Below are positions 8,148-17,920 of a DNA stretch of 64,000 nucleotides, piece after piece. Location of the stretch: NCBI GenBank assembly GCA_023227695.1, contig JALNVE010000002.1, positions 13,767 to 77,766 of the forward strand. Reading direction: 5' to 3'. Position numbers and translations under genes: made by a program. Each line of letters starts with the position of its first letter. The first letter of the stretch is position 1. Source of the stretch: Paludibacteraceae bacterium (lineage in GTDB: Bacteria; Bacteroidota; Bacteroidia; Bacteroidales; Paludibacteraceae). The notes under the pieces were generated by a model that worked only from the letters and a program-made list of their open reading frames with translations, ran no database searches and was not told the origin of the DNA.

Positions 8148-9004
8148 AGAAAATACTCCAATCTTTTCTCTATTGTTTTTTTATCTATCGAATAAGCATA
8201 TTCCCTATAAATAAAGTTTGCTATTTTCCCAAAAGATTCTTTTAAAGATATTTTTAGCTTAATTGAACAAAAAACATTTTCAGGCATTTCGGCAAGTCTT
8301 TTTTCAAAAAGCTTGCGTCTTCTTTCTTCACATTGAATTTTAAACTCTATGGATCTTTTCTTCCCGATTAAAGTCTTTGTCCTTCTTTCAACAGCTTCTT
8401 TTGTTTGTTTTTTACCTTTAAGGGACTGGCTTATTTTTTTTCTAAATTCTTTCGTTTGAGTAAAAGCATAGTTCTTGTTGCTTTTAGATAAACCTAAAGA
8501 AATTTTTCTTTTAGTTTCTGTAGAAACAACTCTTCCTCTTTTTAGAGGGGCTATTTTTTGTTGGGCAACTTTCATCTTGGCTCTTGTGGATTCGCTCTTT
8601 TTTACCCCAGACATTGCCCTAGATATTTTCAGTTTAGTGTCTTCTGTCTGGTTAAATCTATGTCCCGAAATGCCTTCTCCTCCTTTAGTCATATTATATC
8701 CTTCGGGGAAAAATGTTTTCAACTCTGAAATATAGTTAATTTCTTTGTCCTGACCCTCTTTTTCAGTGTCAAAATGGTCAATTTCTTCAAATAGAAAATT
8801 TTCGAAACCATATTTCTTAATTGCTTTATGAAAAATACACCTAGAAGGATTTGTGAGATTTGATGCTCTTTTATGCGCGATCCATCTCTTCTCAATCGTT
8901 TTAGATGTTATTCCGACATATTTTTTCCCATTTACAAGATTGGTCGCTAAATAAACAAATCCACTTTTATTTTCGTTCTTCATAGCTATGCGCTCTATGT
9001 CCAT
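8144..9004 (-). CDS. GIY-YIG homing endonuclease with NUMOD3-type repeats
   Basis: GFVYLATNLVNGKKYVGIT...RWIAH...KYGFENF...GYNMTKGGEG is the GIY-YIG module. It is followed by repeated G-x-x-x-S-x-E-T-K-x-K-I-S basic motifs. Confidence 0.8.
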   Translation of the reverse strand: MDIERIAMKNENKSGFVYLATNLVNGKKYVGITSKTIEKRWIAHKRASNLTNPSRCIFHKAIKKYGFENFLFEEIDHFDTEKEGQDKEINYISELKTFFPEGYNMTKGGEGISGHRFNQTEDTKLKISRAMSGVKKSESTRAKMKVAQQKIAPLKRGRVVSTETKRKISLGLSKSNKNYAFTQTKEFRKKISQSLKGKKQTKEAVERRTKTLIGKKRSIEFKIQCEERRRKLFEKRLAEMPENVFCSIKLKISLKESFGKIANFIYREYAYSIDKKTIEKRLEYFL

Positions 9005-9456
9005 TATTGATTCTCTTCTTTCTTGTGTGGTAACGGGCTAATCTTTATTTCTGAAAGGAACAGGCATTCATAATCCCCATCCACATCACAATCTTTCTTA
9101 AGTTTTTTCAGCAAATTATTCACATCGTTCGGCCTTGCGTTCCAGTCCTGTTCTCCGTGTTCTGACTTCAACTTGATAATTCTAACAGGTGGCCTAGGCG
9201 GCATCTTCTTTTCTGTTCTCGCCGCTGGCGTTGCCGGAGGTGGAGGATATGGAATCAGAGTTTCACCGCCAGCCATATTAGCGGGAGCAGGCGGAATCTC
9301 TTTTCTGACAGGCGGCGGCACAAAACCGGCTTCATCACTGCCATCACCCTTAAATAAGTGTTGGCAAAACCCGCAGACATTCAGAAAAGTAACAAAGATA
9401 AAAATATTAAATATCCTGTTTGAGCACATTCTGCGTCTTATTTCTTTTATAGCCAT
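9004..9456 (-). CDS. membrane-anchored proline-rich protein
   Basis: It has an N-terminal hydrophobic segment (IFNIFIFVTFLNVCGF) followed by PPPVRKEIPPAPA...YPPPPATP...PPRPP. Confidence 0.45.
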   Translation of the reverse strand: MAIKEIRRRMCSNRIFNIFIFVTFLNVCGFCQHLFKGDGSDEAGFVPPPVRKEIPPAPANMAGGETLIPYPPPPATPAARTEKKMPPRPPVRIIKLKSEHGEQDWNARPNDVNNLLKKLKKDCDVDGDYECLFLSEIKISPLPHKKEENQ

Positions 9457-10427
9457 TTATGACCTTCCGGTAAGCAGTTAACGCGATAGGCAATACCGTT
9501 TTGTCTCATAGCTCTAGCCACAGGGCCTCCACGTCCCTTTTCCATATCTTCTGGACTTATCACTGTTTGAACAACCACTCCAGACCTACCAAGATCAAAT
9601 TTATCTCCGACTGTAGGCGGTTTTATACCTACTGGAATATCAAGACCATAATATTCTCCTCCTCGTCCTCCCAAGGAATCTGGAAGATATTTCATATATT
9701 GAGCCCAATAATTTAATTCCCCAGCCGCCGTTTTCAGGTCTGGGTCTGAATCGACATCACTGTCTCTATTTTCATCATTCTTCTTATATCTTACGGCATT
9801 CGGGTCTCTGTCATCTAGTCTTGGCGGACGAATTCCTTTTCCTTCACTATATTTGGGTTTGGTTATTCCATCAGCCATCAAATCCTTATCTTTCCTGTTT
9901 AGTTGTTGTCCCTGACTTGCGGTTTTGAATTTGTCCGGACTGAATTCATCTTGATTTAGAAGCCTTTCTGTTAGTTTTTCAATCATCGCTTCTGTCTTCT
10001 CATCTCTTAATTTTGTAACAAAAGGATCTTGACCCGTTGTAATCTCCGGTACTTGTTGCTGTTTGATAGACGCTTTTGTCTCCTGAACCGGCGGTTCTTC
10101 TTGTTTAATTTCTTCATTTGTTTTATCGGTATTCGGGATGTCAGTTGAATCTTCTTCTTTTTCGTCAAGCCCTAATTCTTTCAAGAGACTGTCAATGCTG
10201 TCTTCCGAAGTCGTATTTTCTTCTTCTTCTGAAGGTAATTCATCACTTTTGGTCTGCTCTATGGGTTCTGGTCCCGGCGTTTCTGTTAACGCCTGGTCTC
10301 CTGGTTTCGGCTGACCTTGTAGTTTTTCCTTAACGGAATGATAAAGACTAAGGATTTCTTCATCTGTAAGCTCCTTTGATTTCCTTACTATTGCCGCCAA
10401 AATTATCTTTCTAAAATTCTTTTTCAT
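9447..10427 (-). CDS. hypothetical acidic protein (scaffold-like by position)
   Basis: I moved the start to ATG 10427 (MKKNFRK), 2 nt after the putative portal stop. It has a long acidic low-complexity middle. The scaffold role is inferred only from its position after the portal. Confidence 0.4.
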   Translation of the reverse strand: MKKNFRKIILAAIVRKSKELTDEEILSLYHSVKEKLQGQPKPGDQALTETPGPEPIEQTKSDELPSEEEENTTSEDSIDSLLKELGLDEKEEDSTDIPNTDKTNEEIKQEEPPVQETKASIKQQQVPEITTGQDPFVTKLRDEKTEAMIEKLTERLLNQDEFSPDKFKTASQGQQLNRKDKDLMADGITKPKYSEGKGIRPPRLDDRDPNAVRYKKNDENRDSDVDSDPDLKTAAGELNYWAQYMKYLPDSLGGRGGEYYGLDIPVGIKPPTVGDKFDLGRSGVVVQTVISPEDMEKGRGGPVARAMRQNGIAYRVNCLPEGHKWL

Positions 10428-10431
10428 TTCC

Positions 10432-12588
10432 TTACAATCCTCCAGCTTTAATAATGATCTGTTCGAGAATCTGTTGTGGTGTTGCATCAGAAGGTAAATC
10501 ACGGATACAGTCATCAATAACGACTTCACGCTCGTATTTGGTTAAATCATCCCATTGCTTTTCTTTAGAAATCAGTTTTTGGATAATTTCTTCAGGAGAA
10601 GCATCTGAAGGTAATTCTTCCGCAACGGCATCAGATATGGAATTAATATCTAATTTTTCTTCTTCCGGTTCTTCCTTTGATGGTTCTTGGACCCCTGTTT
10701 CCGTTATGGATTCACCCAGTACAGGGGCTAAAGCCTGTTGAAGGAATTTATTGGACTCATCACTTGTCTGTGGTGCTTCCTGACCACCCGATTCCTGACC
10801 ACCCGCTTGTCCTCCCAAAAGAGAAGAGAAGTCTGGTATTCCACCTTCTCCATTTCCTTCTTGAGGCTGTCCTTGTATCTTAAGGTTAAGATATTTCGCG
10901 ACGATTTCAGAAAAGTTTGATTTTTCTCCGAGATTACTTGCGGCTTCACTAAGAAGATTACGAATAAGTTCATTGAAACTTGCATCCCGTACCGTGAACA
11001 AATCTTTATAAATTTTTTCTTCTATTTCAGAAACATCCAAGTTGAACAATTCATAAATGATTTCAATAGGAAGACTTCCTTTCTGATAGAGTTGAAACAA
11101 ATTTTGGAAAACTTCGTCATTATCTCGAATTGTAAGACGATTAAACCCGACTTTCGGACACCAGTATTTTTTGATCCCGTTTTCGCCGACAGTGTACCAT
11201 CCACGCGCTTCACAAATAGGAATAAACAGCTTATTTTCGAAGAAGTCCACTAGAGTTTCTCTCTCTTGAGTAAACATTGTGTTGAGAATATCCGTGGTTG
11301 TCTTGCTTCCTGCATAACTTCCTTCTCCTGTCAGCATTTCCTTTGTTATTCCCAAACCGACATATATTTCATTGTCAAGACGCTCTATTTCCGAACTGAT
11401 ATCAAGAAGTCTATCCCTGCTGTCTAGTTTTTCGATGGCATATTCATAGTTTCCTGCAATGGAATAATCCGGTTCATTATAGCTGATATCCCATTGCATA
11501 CGCAAATCTTCAAGTTCTTCTGGTGTCGCATTCGGCGCTTTTAAAAGATATTTTGGGGACATATTCCTACTTGCCAGCGCGAGTTGAGTAAACTTATAAA
11601 AATCTTTCAACTGAAGGGGAACAAGAATCCTGTCGATAATTGACGGACTCACATCCATATAAGGACTTTTGCGTCTGGAGATACATTCGCAAAAACTCCC
11701 GTTCATATGATTCCAATCTAAAGCGATATATCCGTCGCTAGTAATCGAATCTACAATTTCTTTCGGAACACTGGAAACTATTTCTTCTTCTAGACCGTTA
11801 TTATTATCACTTATGTTTCCCTGTAACATTTGGATGTAACGTCTAGGGCGGTATTCTATTCTCTTTTCTTCGCTAAAACCGATTTCAAAAACAAATACTT
11901 CTTCTGGTGGAAGCATTTGTATCCTTTTCCACAACCTTCTTTCCACATCCCATTCACAAAACAGATACGTCATTCCTATACAGTTACGTTCGTAAAGGAT
12001 GTCTCCGCTTTTCTGAAAAAGATTAAGAGTCCTTACCTGGTCTTCAAAAAGTTCCTTTACTTCGGACCTTCTTTCTTCCGGAACAAATTTGGGAATTGTC
12101 AAAGTAATTTTGGTTCTCGGCAAATCTGTCAACAGATCCAAGGCCCGCCCGACAAGGGCATCGCTCCTTGCATACCAGCGAAACCATGAAAATTTTTCCT
12201 GAAGACAGGAAGGCCATTGAATTATGCCTCCGTTCTTCGAATTCATCAATGTGATGAATGACGGGATATCATATACCCCTGATTTTATCCCCAAACCAGA
12301 CGCATAACTGTTTCTATAGCTTTCTAATACAAAGCCGGGGGTATAATTGCTAATCGTAGAAGAATACCCGTCTATCATCATTCCTGCGGTTCTTGATCTT
12401 CCTGCCAACACCGTTTTCTTGGAAAGACGATTCTCAATGTCGGAAACGTTTTGTTTTGCCTTTCTAATCATATTGTCTTCTATAATCATTTCTTCCCTTG
12501 GATGGAAATTAATAGAAGATTGGGCTTGTTTTAAACCCGCATTGATTTCAGCCATCATTTTTTTTCGAAGCCGGTTTTTCCTACTCAT
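10432..12588 (-). CDS. putative portal protein
   Basis: The 718-aa size and the gene order (TerL, small ORF, this ORF) fit a portal. I could not confirm any family motif by eye. The C-terminus is acidic and contains a tandem repeated motif. Confidence 0.55.
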   Translation of the reverse strand: MSRKNRLRKKMMAEINAGLKQAQSSINFHPREEMIIEDNMIRKAKQNVSDIENRLSKKTVLAGRSRTAGMMIDGYSSTISNYTPGFVLESYRNSYASGLGIKSGVYDIPSFITLMNSKNGGIIQWPSCLQEKFSWFRWYARSDALVGRALDLLTDLPRTKITLTIPKFVPEERRSEVKELFEDQVRTLNLFQKSGDILYERNCIGMTYLFCEWDVERRLWKRIQMLPPEEVFVFEIGFSEEKRIEYRPRRYIQMLQGNISDNNNGLEEEIVSSVPKEIVDSITSDGYIALDWNHMNGSFCECISRRKSPYMDVSPSIIDRILVPLQLKDFYKFTQLALASRNMSPKYLLKAPNATPEELEDLRMQWDISYNEPDYSIAGNYEYAIEKLDSRDRLLDISSEIERLDNEIYVGLGITKEMLTGEGSYAGSKTTTDILNTMFTQERETLVDFFENKLFIPICEARGWYTVGENGIKKYWCPKVGFNRLTIRDNDEVFQNLFQLYQKGSLPIEIIYELFNLDVSEIEEKIYKDLFTVRDASFNELIRNLLSEAASNLGEKSNFSEIVAKYLNLKIQGQPQEGNGEGGIPDFSSLLGGQAGGQESGGQEAPQTSDESNKFLQQALAPVLGESITETGVQEPSKEEPEEEKLDINSISDAVAEELPSDASPEEIIQKLISKEKQWDDLTKYEREVVIDDCIRDLPSDATPQQILEQIIIKAGGL

Positions 12589-12590
12589 CT

Positions 12591-13094
12591 TTATCTCCCC
12601 AACCTATTCAAAATTGATTTGTTGCTTTTAAGGTACGACCGTATTTTCATAAATTTGTTTCTGAACTCATAATCCGATTGCAAAATGTTTTTTTTATCTT
12701 CAAGGAAATACCAAAGTCTGTCGTTCATTTCTTCCATTTCTTTAAGCGTGTTATCAATATCATTGACAATATCGAGAATTTCTGCGTTCTGGGTTTTCTT
12801 TTCCCCATTATCTTCTCCATATCCTGTGTTTTCAAAATCTGAGACTTCTTCTGTTTCTCCTTTTTGTTTCTCCATATTTTTTTTATTCAGGTTCTTCTTA
12901 AAATTTTCAATATATGCAAATACCGGATGATGTTCTGGTATCGGCTGTCTGAAAGTATTAATATATGATGCCACCTGAGCGGCTAAAGGAATATCTTTAA
13001 TGTATGGACTAATCTTATTTAGTTGTTCTAGAGCGCTCTTTTCTTCTAGCTTTCGTTCAATTTCAGCAACGACCTGCAATGCTTTAATATCCAT
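12591..13094 (-). CDS. hypothetical protein
   Basis: ORF track. It is tightly packed between TerL and the putative portal. Confidence 0.45.
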   Translation of the reverse strand: MDIKALQVVAEIERKLEEKSALEQLNKISPYIKDIPLAAQVASYINTFRQPIPEHHPVFAYIENFKKNLNKKNMEKQKGETEEVSDFENTGYGEDNGEKKTQNAEILDIVNDIDNTLKEMEEMNDRLWYFLEDKKNILQSDYEFRNKFMKIRSYLKSNKSILNRLGR

Positions 13095-14878
13095 TAGAAA
13101 AATCTCCTGACATTTCCTGTCCTTACGTTTCTTCCGTTTCCTTCTTTAATCAGATTATATCGTATCGCTGTCGCCAATCTGTTTTTAGAGAAGGGATTTC
13201 TGACCGTAGGTTTCCTGATAGTCCTCTTTACGTCATTGTAACAGCAATAGACGCTTCGCGCCCATGCCTCACTGATATCATCATGACACCCCGGACGATC
13301 AGGCGCGCAGACATCATATCTTGATTTAGCCCCTTCTGAAAGTATGGCTTCCAACATGAGAACTTCTTTGATCAAGACAGGATCGTCGTACAGTCTTAAT
13401 AGTTTTTCTGTATAGAGACTTTTTACCACCTCATATATTTCCGCGTTAAATGAGAGACTTGTGGATACTGCTTCAAAGTAATTTATACCCTTTGACTGCA
13501 TGATTTCTGACATTCCATATGCTTCTTTGCTATCCATAATTCCTGCGGATATCGGGAATCTTTTATTCACATCTTCGATTTCTTTTGCGATATCTTCCAT
13601 AAGGAGACGACTTAGGTGTTTGTATTTATCGCATTTTTCATAGATGGATTGTTCAGCCTGCCAGACATCAGAACTTGCGCTGAACCACACGTTTGCATAA
13701 TCCAATGTAATAATGCCGTCTTCATCATGACTTACCGCCAATGCGGCTCCGTCATTTTTGAATCCGAGATCCAAACCTGCATAATACCGGACCTCTCCTT
13801 TCCCTCTCGACGGTTTTATATAGAACGGATCTATACAGGAACGAAATTCATCAGGATCATCAACCCATGCCGAAACACTATCACTAAATTCTGCCCCGAA
13901 TTCCGCAAGAAATCCGTTTCTGTTCCTTCTGCGTTCCGTTTTTAGATCTTCACTGGTAATAAGATCGGGATTCATCATCGCCGTGTACATTTGAACGCAA
14001 AGGATGGTGGATTCCTTTTCTTCCATACCCGTGATGAACTGTTTATAAAATTTCCCGTATTTGGCTTTCGGAGAACTTATGCAAATTACTTTTCCGTCCC
14101 CTTTAAATCCCTTCACGCTAGGGGTCAATCCCTTATAAACTTCTTCACCGCTATATTTTGACGCTTCATTGCTGATAAAAAAAGCCGTTTCATCCATACA
14201 TACGACTATTGCGTCATGACCTCGTAATCCGTTCGAACTGCAACCACCGGTGAGAAAAGAAAGACTGGCTTTATTTTTCCCATTGGCGATATCTTCATCC
14301 GTGTAAAGACTAAAATAAGTCTGTGTCCTGTTACAGACCCTGCTCTTCAGGATCGGGCAGTGATCAATTGCCGTGATCGCCACATCAAAAACAACCCCGG
14401 CCTGCTCATCAGTCGGAGCGACATTAAGAACTTTAATGGATGCCTGTGCCTGTTTACCATAATACTTCGCCGGGTCTCCTAAAAGGACAAGCTTATAAAG
14501 TTCGTATCCGATAATGCAAGCCGATATCATTGATTTACCACTACGCCTTCCGGCTACCAAAACAAGTTCTTTAATTTTTCTCTTCGGAGTGTCTTCATAG
14601 TTGCATCTCTTATTTGTGTGCAACCATTTTATGAATGTCTTTTCTGTAAACTTTCCGATGACCTTTTCTTTGACAATATCATAAATGGGAAATTCTTCAT
14701 TTTCATCAAGAGGAAGGCCGTATAGCATTTTAAGGATGACTCTTTGCGCCGGCCTAAGTTTAATTCCGAACCCCCAATTCGATTCAATGAAAGTAATAAT
14801 GTCAGCGCACTTGCTATTCGGATCTCCACCGACTATAAATTCATTTGCGAGTTCATTTATAAGATTATCTTTTGCCAT
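13094..14878 (-). CDS. terL: terminase large subunit
   Basis: Walker A-like VAGRRSGKS, Walker B VVCMDETAF, and RNase H-like nuclease motifs GLDLGFKNDGAAL and HDDISEA. I moved the start to ATG 14878 (MAKDNL). Confidence 0.85.
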   Translation of the reverse strand: MAKDNLINELANEFIVGGDPNSKCADIITFIESNWGFGIKLRPAQRVILKMLYGLPLDENEEFPIYDIVKEKVIGKFTEKTFIKWLHTNKRCNYEDTPKRKIKELVLVAGRRSGKSMISACIIGYELYKLVLLGDPAKYYGKQAQASIKVLNVAPTDEQAGVVFDVAITAIDHCPILKSRVCNRTQTYFSLYTDEDIANGKNKASLSFLTGGCSSNGLRGHDAIVVCMDETAFFISNEASKYSGEEVYKGLTPSVKGFKGDGKVICISSPKAKYGKFYKQFITGMEEKESTILCVQMYTAMMNPDLITSEDLKTERRRNRNGFLAEFGAEFSDSVSAWVDDPDEFRSCIDPFYIKPSRGKGEVRYYAGLDLGFKNDGAALAVSHDEDGIITLDYANVWFSASSDVWQAEQSIYEKCDKYKHLSRLLMEDIAKEIEDVNKRFPISAGIMDSKEAYGMSEIMQSKGINYFEAVSTSLSFNAEIYEVVKSLYTEKLLRLYDDPVLIKEVLMLEAILSEGAKSRYDVCAPDRPGCHDDISEAWARSVYCCYNDVKRTIRKPTVRNPFSKNRLATAIRYNLIKEGNGRNVRTGNVRRFF

Positions 14879-14880
14879 TT

Positions 14881-15732
14881 TTACACACAAAAGTCCTCGA
14901 TGAAATTCTTAAAATTATTTTGAATCATGTGTTTTACATCATTTCCAGAAAGACTTCTCGGGTTCATTAACGTAGTCTCTGATCTAAAGATAAACCTTGG
15001 ATTGCAAAAGCTCGTCATCGGATTTCCTAAATTTTTCCTTGATGAAAAGGTAAAATTAAGATTGTCCGAATACCGAAGCAATGATGGGCATATCAATTGA
15101 AAGACCTTTTTAAAATCAAAACAGGATTCAATTTCATCCATCACCACCATATAGTAGTTTTTACCCCGAACAGAAGCGGGTCCGAAAGAATTGGAATCAA
15201 CGACAACCGTTCCTTTTCGTCCCTTTTCAATATCTTCTTCGGTTAAGAAGACAACACTGTCAAACGTCTTCGACCCTATTCTCGACTCTAAGAACGGATT
15301 TAGTCTCACGAGATTTAAAAATGTATCCAATATGAAACAAGAAGAATTGAGGTTAGGACCAAAGAAACTGAAAAAGAATTTTGAACCAGATACAAAGTGA
15401 TATTCTTTGCAGGGATCTTTACTTTTCCTTAAGAAACTTTCCAATTCGTATGCCATGACAAGAGATCCTAGTAGTGTCTTCCCGGAACGCCTACCGCAAA
15501 CAGCAGAAACTAATCTACTGTTTTTTTCACCGAACAAGATGTTGTTTTCAGACAAATGTTTAAACAGTTGTTTTTCCGTCATCTGACGGGGTTCATAGAC
15601 TTTTAAAGGGTCTTCTACCTCATATAAAACACTGTCGTCAAATTCCATGCCGTAAGCAAGCTTAAGGAACATGCGCTGTCCTATGCCAAGTTCTATTCCA
15701 AGACTTTTCGTGAATTCGATGATATCCGTCAT
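14881..15732 (-). CDS. terminase large-subunit ATPase-domain paralog (no nuclease domain)
   Basis: It aligns by eye over its whole length with the first ~300 aa of the adjacent TerL: IIEFTKSLGIELGIGQRMFLKLAYG vs IITFIESNWGFGIKLRPAQRVILKMLYG, CGRRSGKT vs AGRRSGKS, and MVVMDEIES vs VVCMDETAF. Confidence 0.7.
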   Translation of the reverse strand: MTDIIEFTKSLGIELGIGQRMFLKLAYGMEFDDSVLYEVEDPLKVYEPRQMTEKQLFKHLSENNILFGEKNSRLVSAVCGRRSGKTLLGSLVMAYELESFLRKSKDPCKEYHFVSGSKFFFSFFGPNLNSSCFILDTFLNLVRLNPFLESRIGSKTFDSVVFLTEEDIEKGRKGTVVVDSNSFGPASVRGKNYYMVVMDEIESCFDFKKVFQLICPSLLRYSDNLNFTFSSRKNLGNPMTSFCNPRFIFRSETTLMNPRSLSGNDVKHMIQNNFKNFIEDFCV

Positions 15733-15739
15733 ACATACC

Positions 15740-16267
15740 TCATGTTTTTATTTCGGCTATCTGCCGTTTTAGTTCCTTTCTCCAATCCCCCATGACTTCG
15801 GTTAGATTTTGAAAGAAAATGTTTGAGATTTCGATGCTAAAACCAGACTTGGCAAAGCTTTCCTGACATTTCATCATGAAAAACCTCCAAATTATTTTCA
15901 TTGAAGGAGAATTCACATCGATGCTCGATTGGGCGTCAAATTCTTTCCTTGCCATGAAAGCTTTAAGCATCTTATCTACTATTTCTGCTCTTTTCGTAGA
16001 AATGACTGAAGAACTTTCTATATTCCCAATTTCATCAGCCATCGCAATGTTACCAGCAAGGTTGTCAATTTCCCTTACATATTCAGAAACAAGTGAATCA
16101 AGGATATCTTCAAGAGTCATATCTTTTGATGCAAGTTTTTCTGTAAGAGTCTGCCCGTTGTAAAATTCTCTAATTTTCTTATTTTTATAGGAAAGTTTGT
16201 CTTTTGTCGTTGCGGGTAATTCTGAATTTAAGACCGTGATTTCTTGACGGTCTATATTTTCATCCAT
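15740..16267 (-). CDS. hypothetical protein (upstream of terminase genes)
   Basis: ORF track. The position would suit a small terminase subunit, but I recognised no motif. Confidence 0.4.
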   Translation of the reverse strand: MDENIDRQEITVLNSELPATTKDKLSYKNKKIREFYNGQTLTEKLASKDMTLEDILDSLVSEYVREIDNLAGNIAMADEIGNIESSSVISTKRAEIVDKMLKAFMARKEFDAQSSIDVNSPSMKIIWRFFMMKCQESFAKSGFSIEISNIFFQNLTEVMGDWRKELKRQIAEIKT

Positions 16268-16278
16268 ATTTTTTGTCC

Positions 16279-17493
16279 TTAAAACTGTATTTCAAAATCT
16301 TCTTCTTCTGGAATTTTAATATCTTCAGAAAATCCTTCAGAAAATCCTACTTGGAGGTTTCCTTCCGATTCCGGAATATTTATTTCATCCGGACTAGAAA
16401 ATCCCATGTCAACATCAACATTTCCGATTCCTTCTAGACTAGAATTTTCTTCTGAAACATCGATTTCAATTGAAGTGGCGGCTCCTTCAGAAACAGGAAT
16501 ATTTTCAGCGTCTTCAAATAATTTTATACCCATCTGATTATTTTCCATATCTTCTAATTCCACGGTTTCTAAATCATCACGAAGGCTGATATTGTCTGAC
16601 CTGACAGGAATTTCTATTTCAGGTGTTTTAACTTCAATTTCAGGTATTTCAACATCTTGTGATGTAGTGGTAAATATGTCTTCTGGGTTTGCCTCAAACT
16701 TTTCTTCTACGTTGATTCCGTTTTCAAAAGCCAGGAAGAACTTCTTAAGCCTGTCATAAGGTTTATCACAACTTGCCGTAATTTTCTTTATAACATCTTC
16801 GTTCCCGTCTTTATTGTCAAAACCAGCATTCATGACATCAATCATGGTGTCTCCAGCCCATTTTTCATCAATATCCCCTGCACCGGCAATAAGAACCAAA
16901 GATGTCGGAATACAGGCGAAATATTCTTTCTTCACGTAATCATCATTTAAACAGGAAGCAACCATATCCATAGGACCTTCTTTAATTTTGAAATCTAAGT
17001 TCTCCGTTTTAGGCATTCTGTTTATTTTTGCGTGTTCTTTGCAAGAGCACCCCAATACGTATCCGAAATGCTTACGATATGGATTTTTTACCGCCGATTC
17101 AAATGCTTCTTTGCAAGAATTGTAACCTCTGGCATCTAGTATGAAACGACCTACAGATCCATAAAGTTTTAATTGTTTTTCGATATCCGGTTTAAAAAGC
17201 GCGACAATTTCTTTCTTGTTATTTTGGGAAATCCTTGACTTAATAACGTCGATTTTACATCCTGCATTCATCATGTTTCTTACGGACTGAATGATTTTCT
17301 GTTTAGCATTTCTCATCATTTTCATAGATCCTTCTGGTTCAGAAGAAGGTATAAAATCACCATTCCACTGTTTCTCAAGTTCATCTTTACAGTCAAAAGG
17401 GTTCCTTTCATTCTTTTTTACATCATAGGAATCATTTTCTTCCATCCATGAAAAATCGGGTTTAAGTTCGTTAATCTTCTGTATGAAATTCAT
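16279..17493 (-). CDS. hypothetical protein with acidic repetitive C-terminus
   Basis: ORF track. The C-terminal ~130 aa are rich in E/I/P with short repeats such as EIPEIEVKTPEIEIP. Confidence 0.45.
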   Translation of the reverse strand: MNFIQKINELKPDFSWMEENDSYDVKKNERNPFDCKDELEKQWNGDFIPSSEPEGSMKMMRNAKQKIIQSVRNMMNAGCKIDVIKSRISQNNKKEIVALFKPDIEKQLKLYGSVGRFILDARGYNSCKEAFESAVKNPYRKHFGYVLGCSCKEHAKINRMPKTENLDFKIKEGPMDMVASCLNDDYVKKEYFACIPTSLVLIAGAGDIDEKWAGDTMIDVMNAGFDNKDGNEDVIKKITASCDKPYDRLKKFFLAFENGINVEEKFEANPEDIFTTTSQDVEIPEIEVKTPEIEIPVRSDNISLRDDLETVELEDMENNQMGIKLFEDAENIPVSEGAATSIEIDVSEENSSLEGIGNVDVDMGFSSPDEINIPESEGNLQVGFSEGFSEDIKIPEEEDFEIQF

Positions 17494-17495
17494 GA

Positions 17496-17867
17496 TTATG
17501 CCTCGGTTTCAATTGTTGTAATGTCGTCTTCTAAATCTTGAAGGGTTAATATGTCCGACGCGTGAACCGGCCTGATAAAGGAATTATCGTCACTCATTTC
17601 CCATAGGCAATGACGAAGTTTATGGACCAAAACACTCCCTCCGTCTCTCCTTTTACCAGCAGCGACAAACATTCTTTTTACATATTCCGAATCCTTCGGA
17701 AGTTCTTTGACGAGCCTCTTATTGTTTCCAAGTATACAATCAATTCCGAGACTTGAATGCCAGCGGAAATTTTCACACAATGAATCGTCTTCCGAAACGG
17801 AATTACTGACGCTGACGCTAGCTATGCGCTTCTTGATTTCTGCCAATTCTTTAGAAAGTTTAGACAT
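17496..17867 (-). CDS. hypothetical protein
   Basis: ORF track. Confidence 0.4.
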   Translation of the reverse strand: MSKLSKELAEIKKRIASVSVSNSVSEDDSLCENFRWHSSLGIDCILGNNKRLVKELPKDSEYVKRMFVAAGKRRDGGSVLVHKLRHCLWEMSDDNSFIRPVHASDILTLQDLEDDITTIETEA

Positions 17868-17920
17868 ATTTGACCTCTTCTTTACCTATATCCTTGTTTT
17901 AATATCAAAAAAACTGTCTT

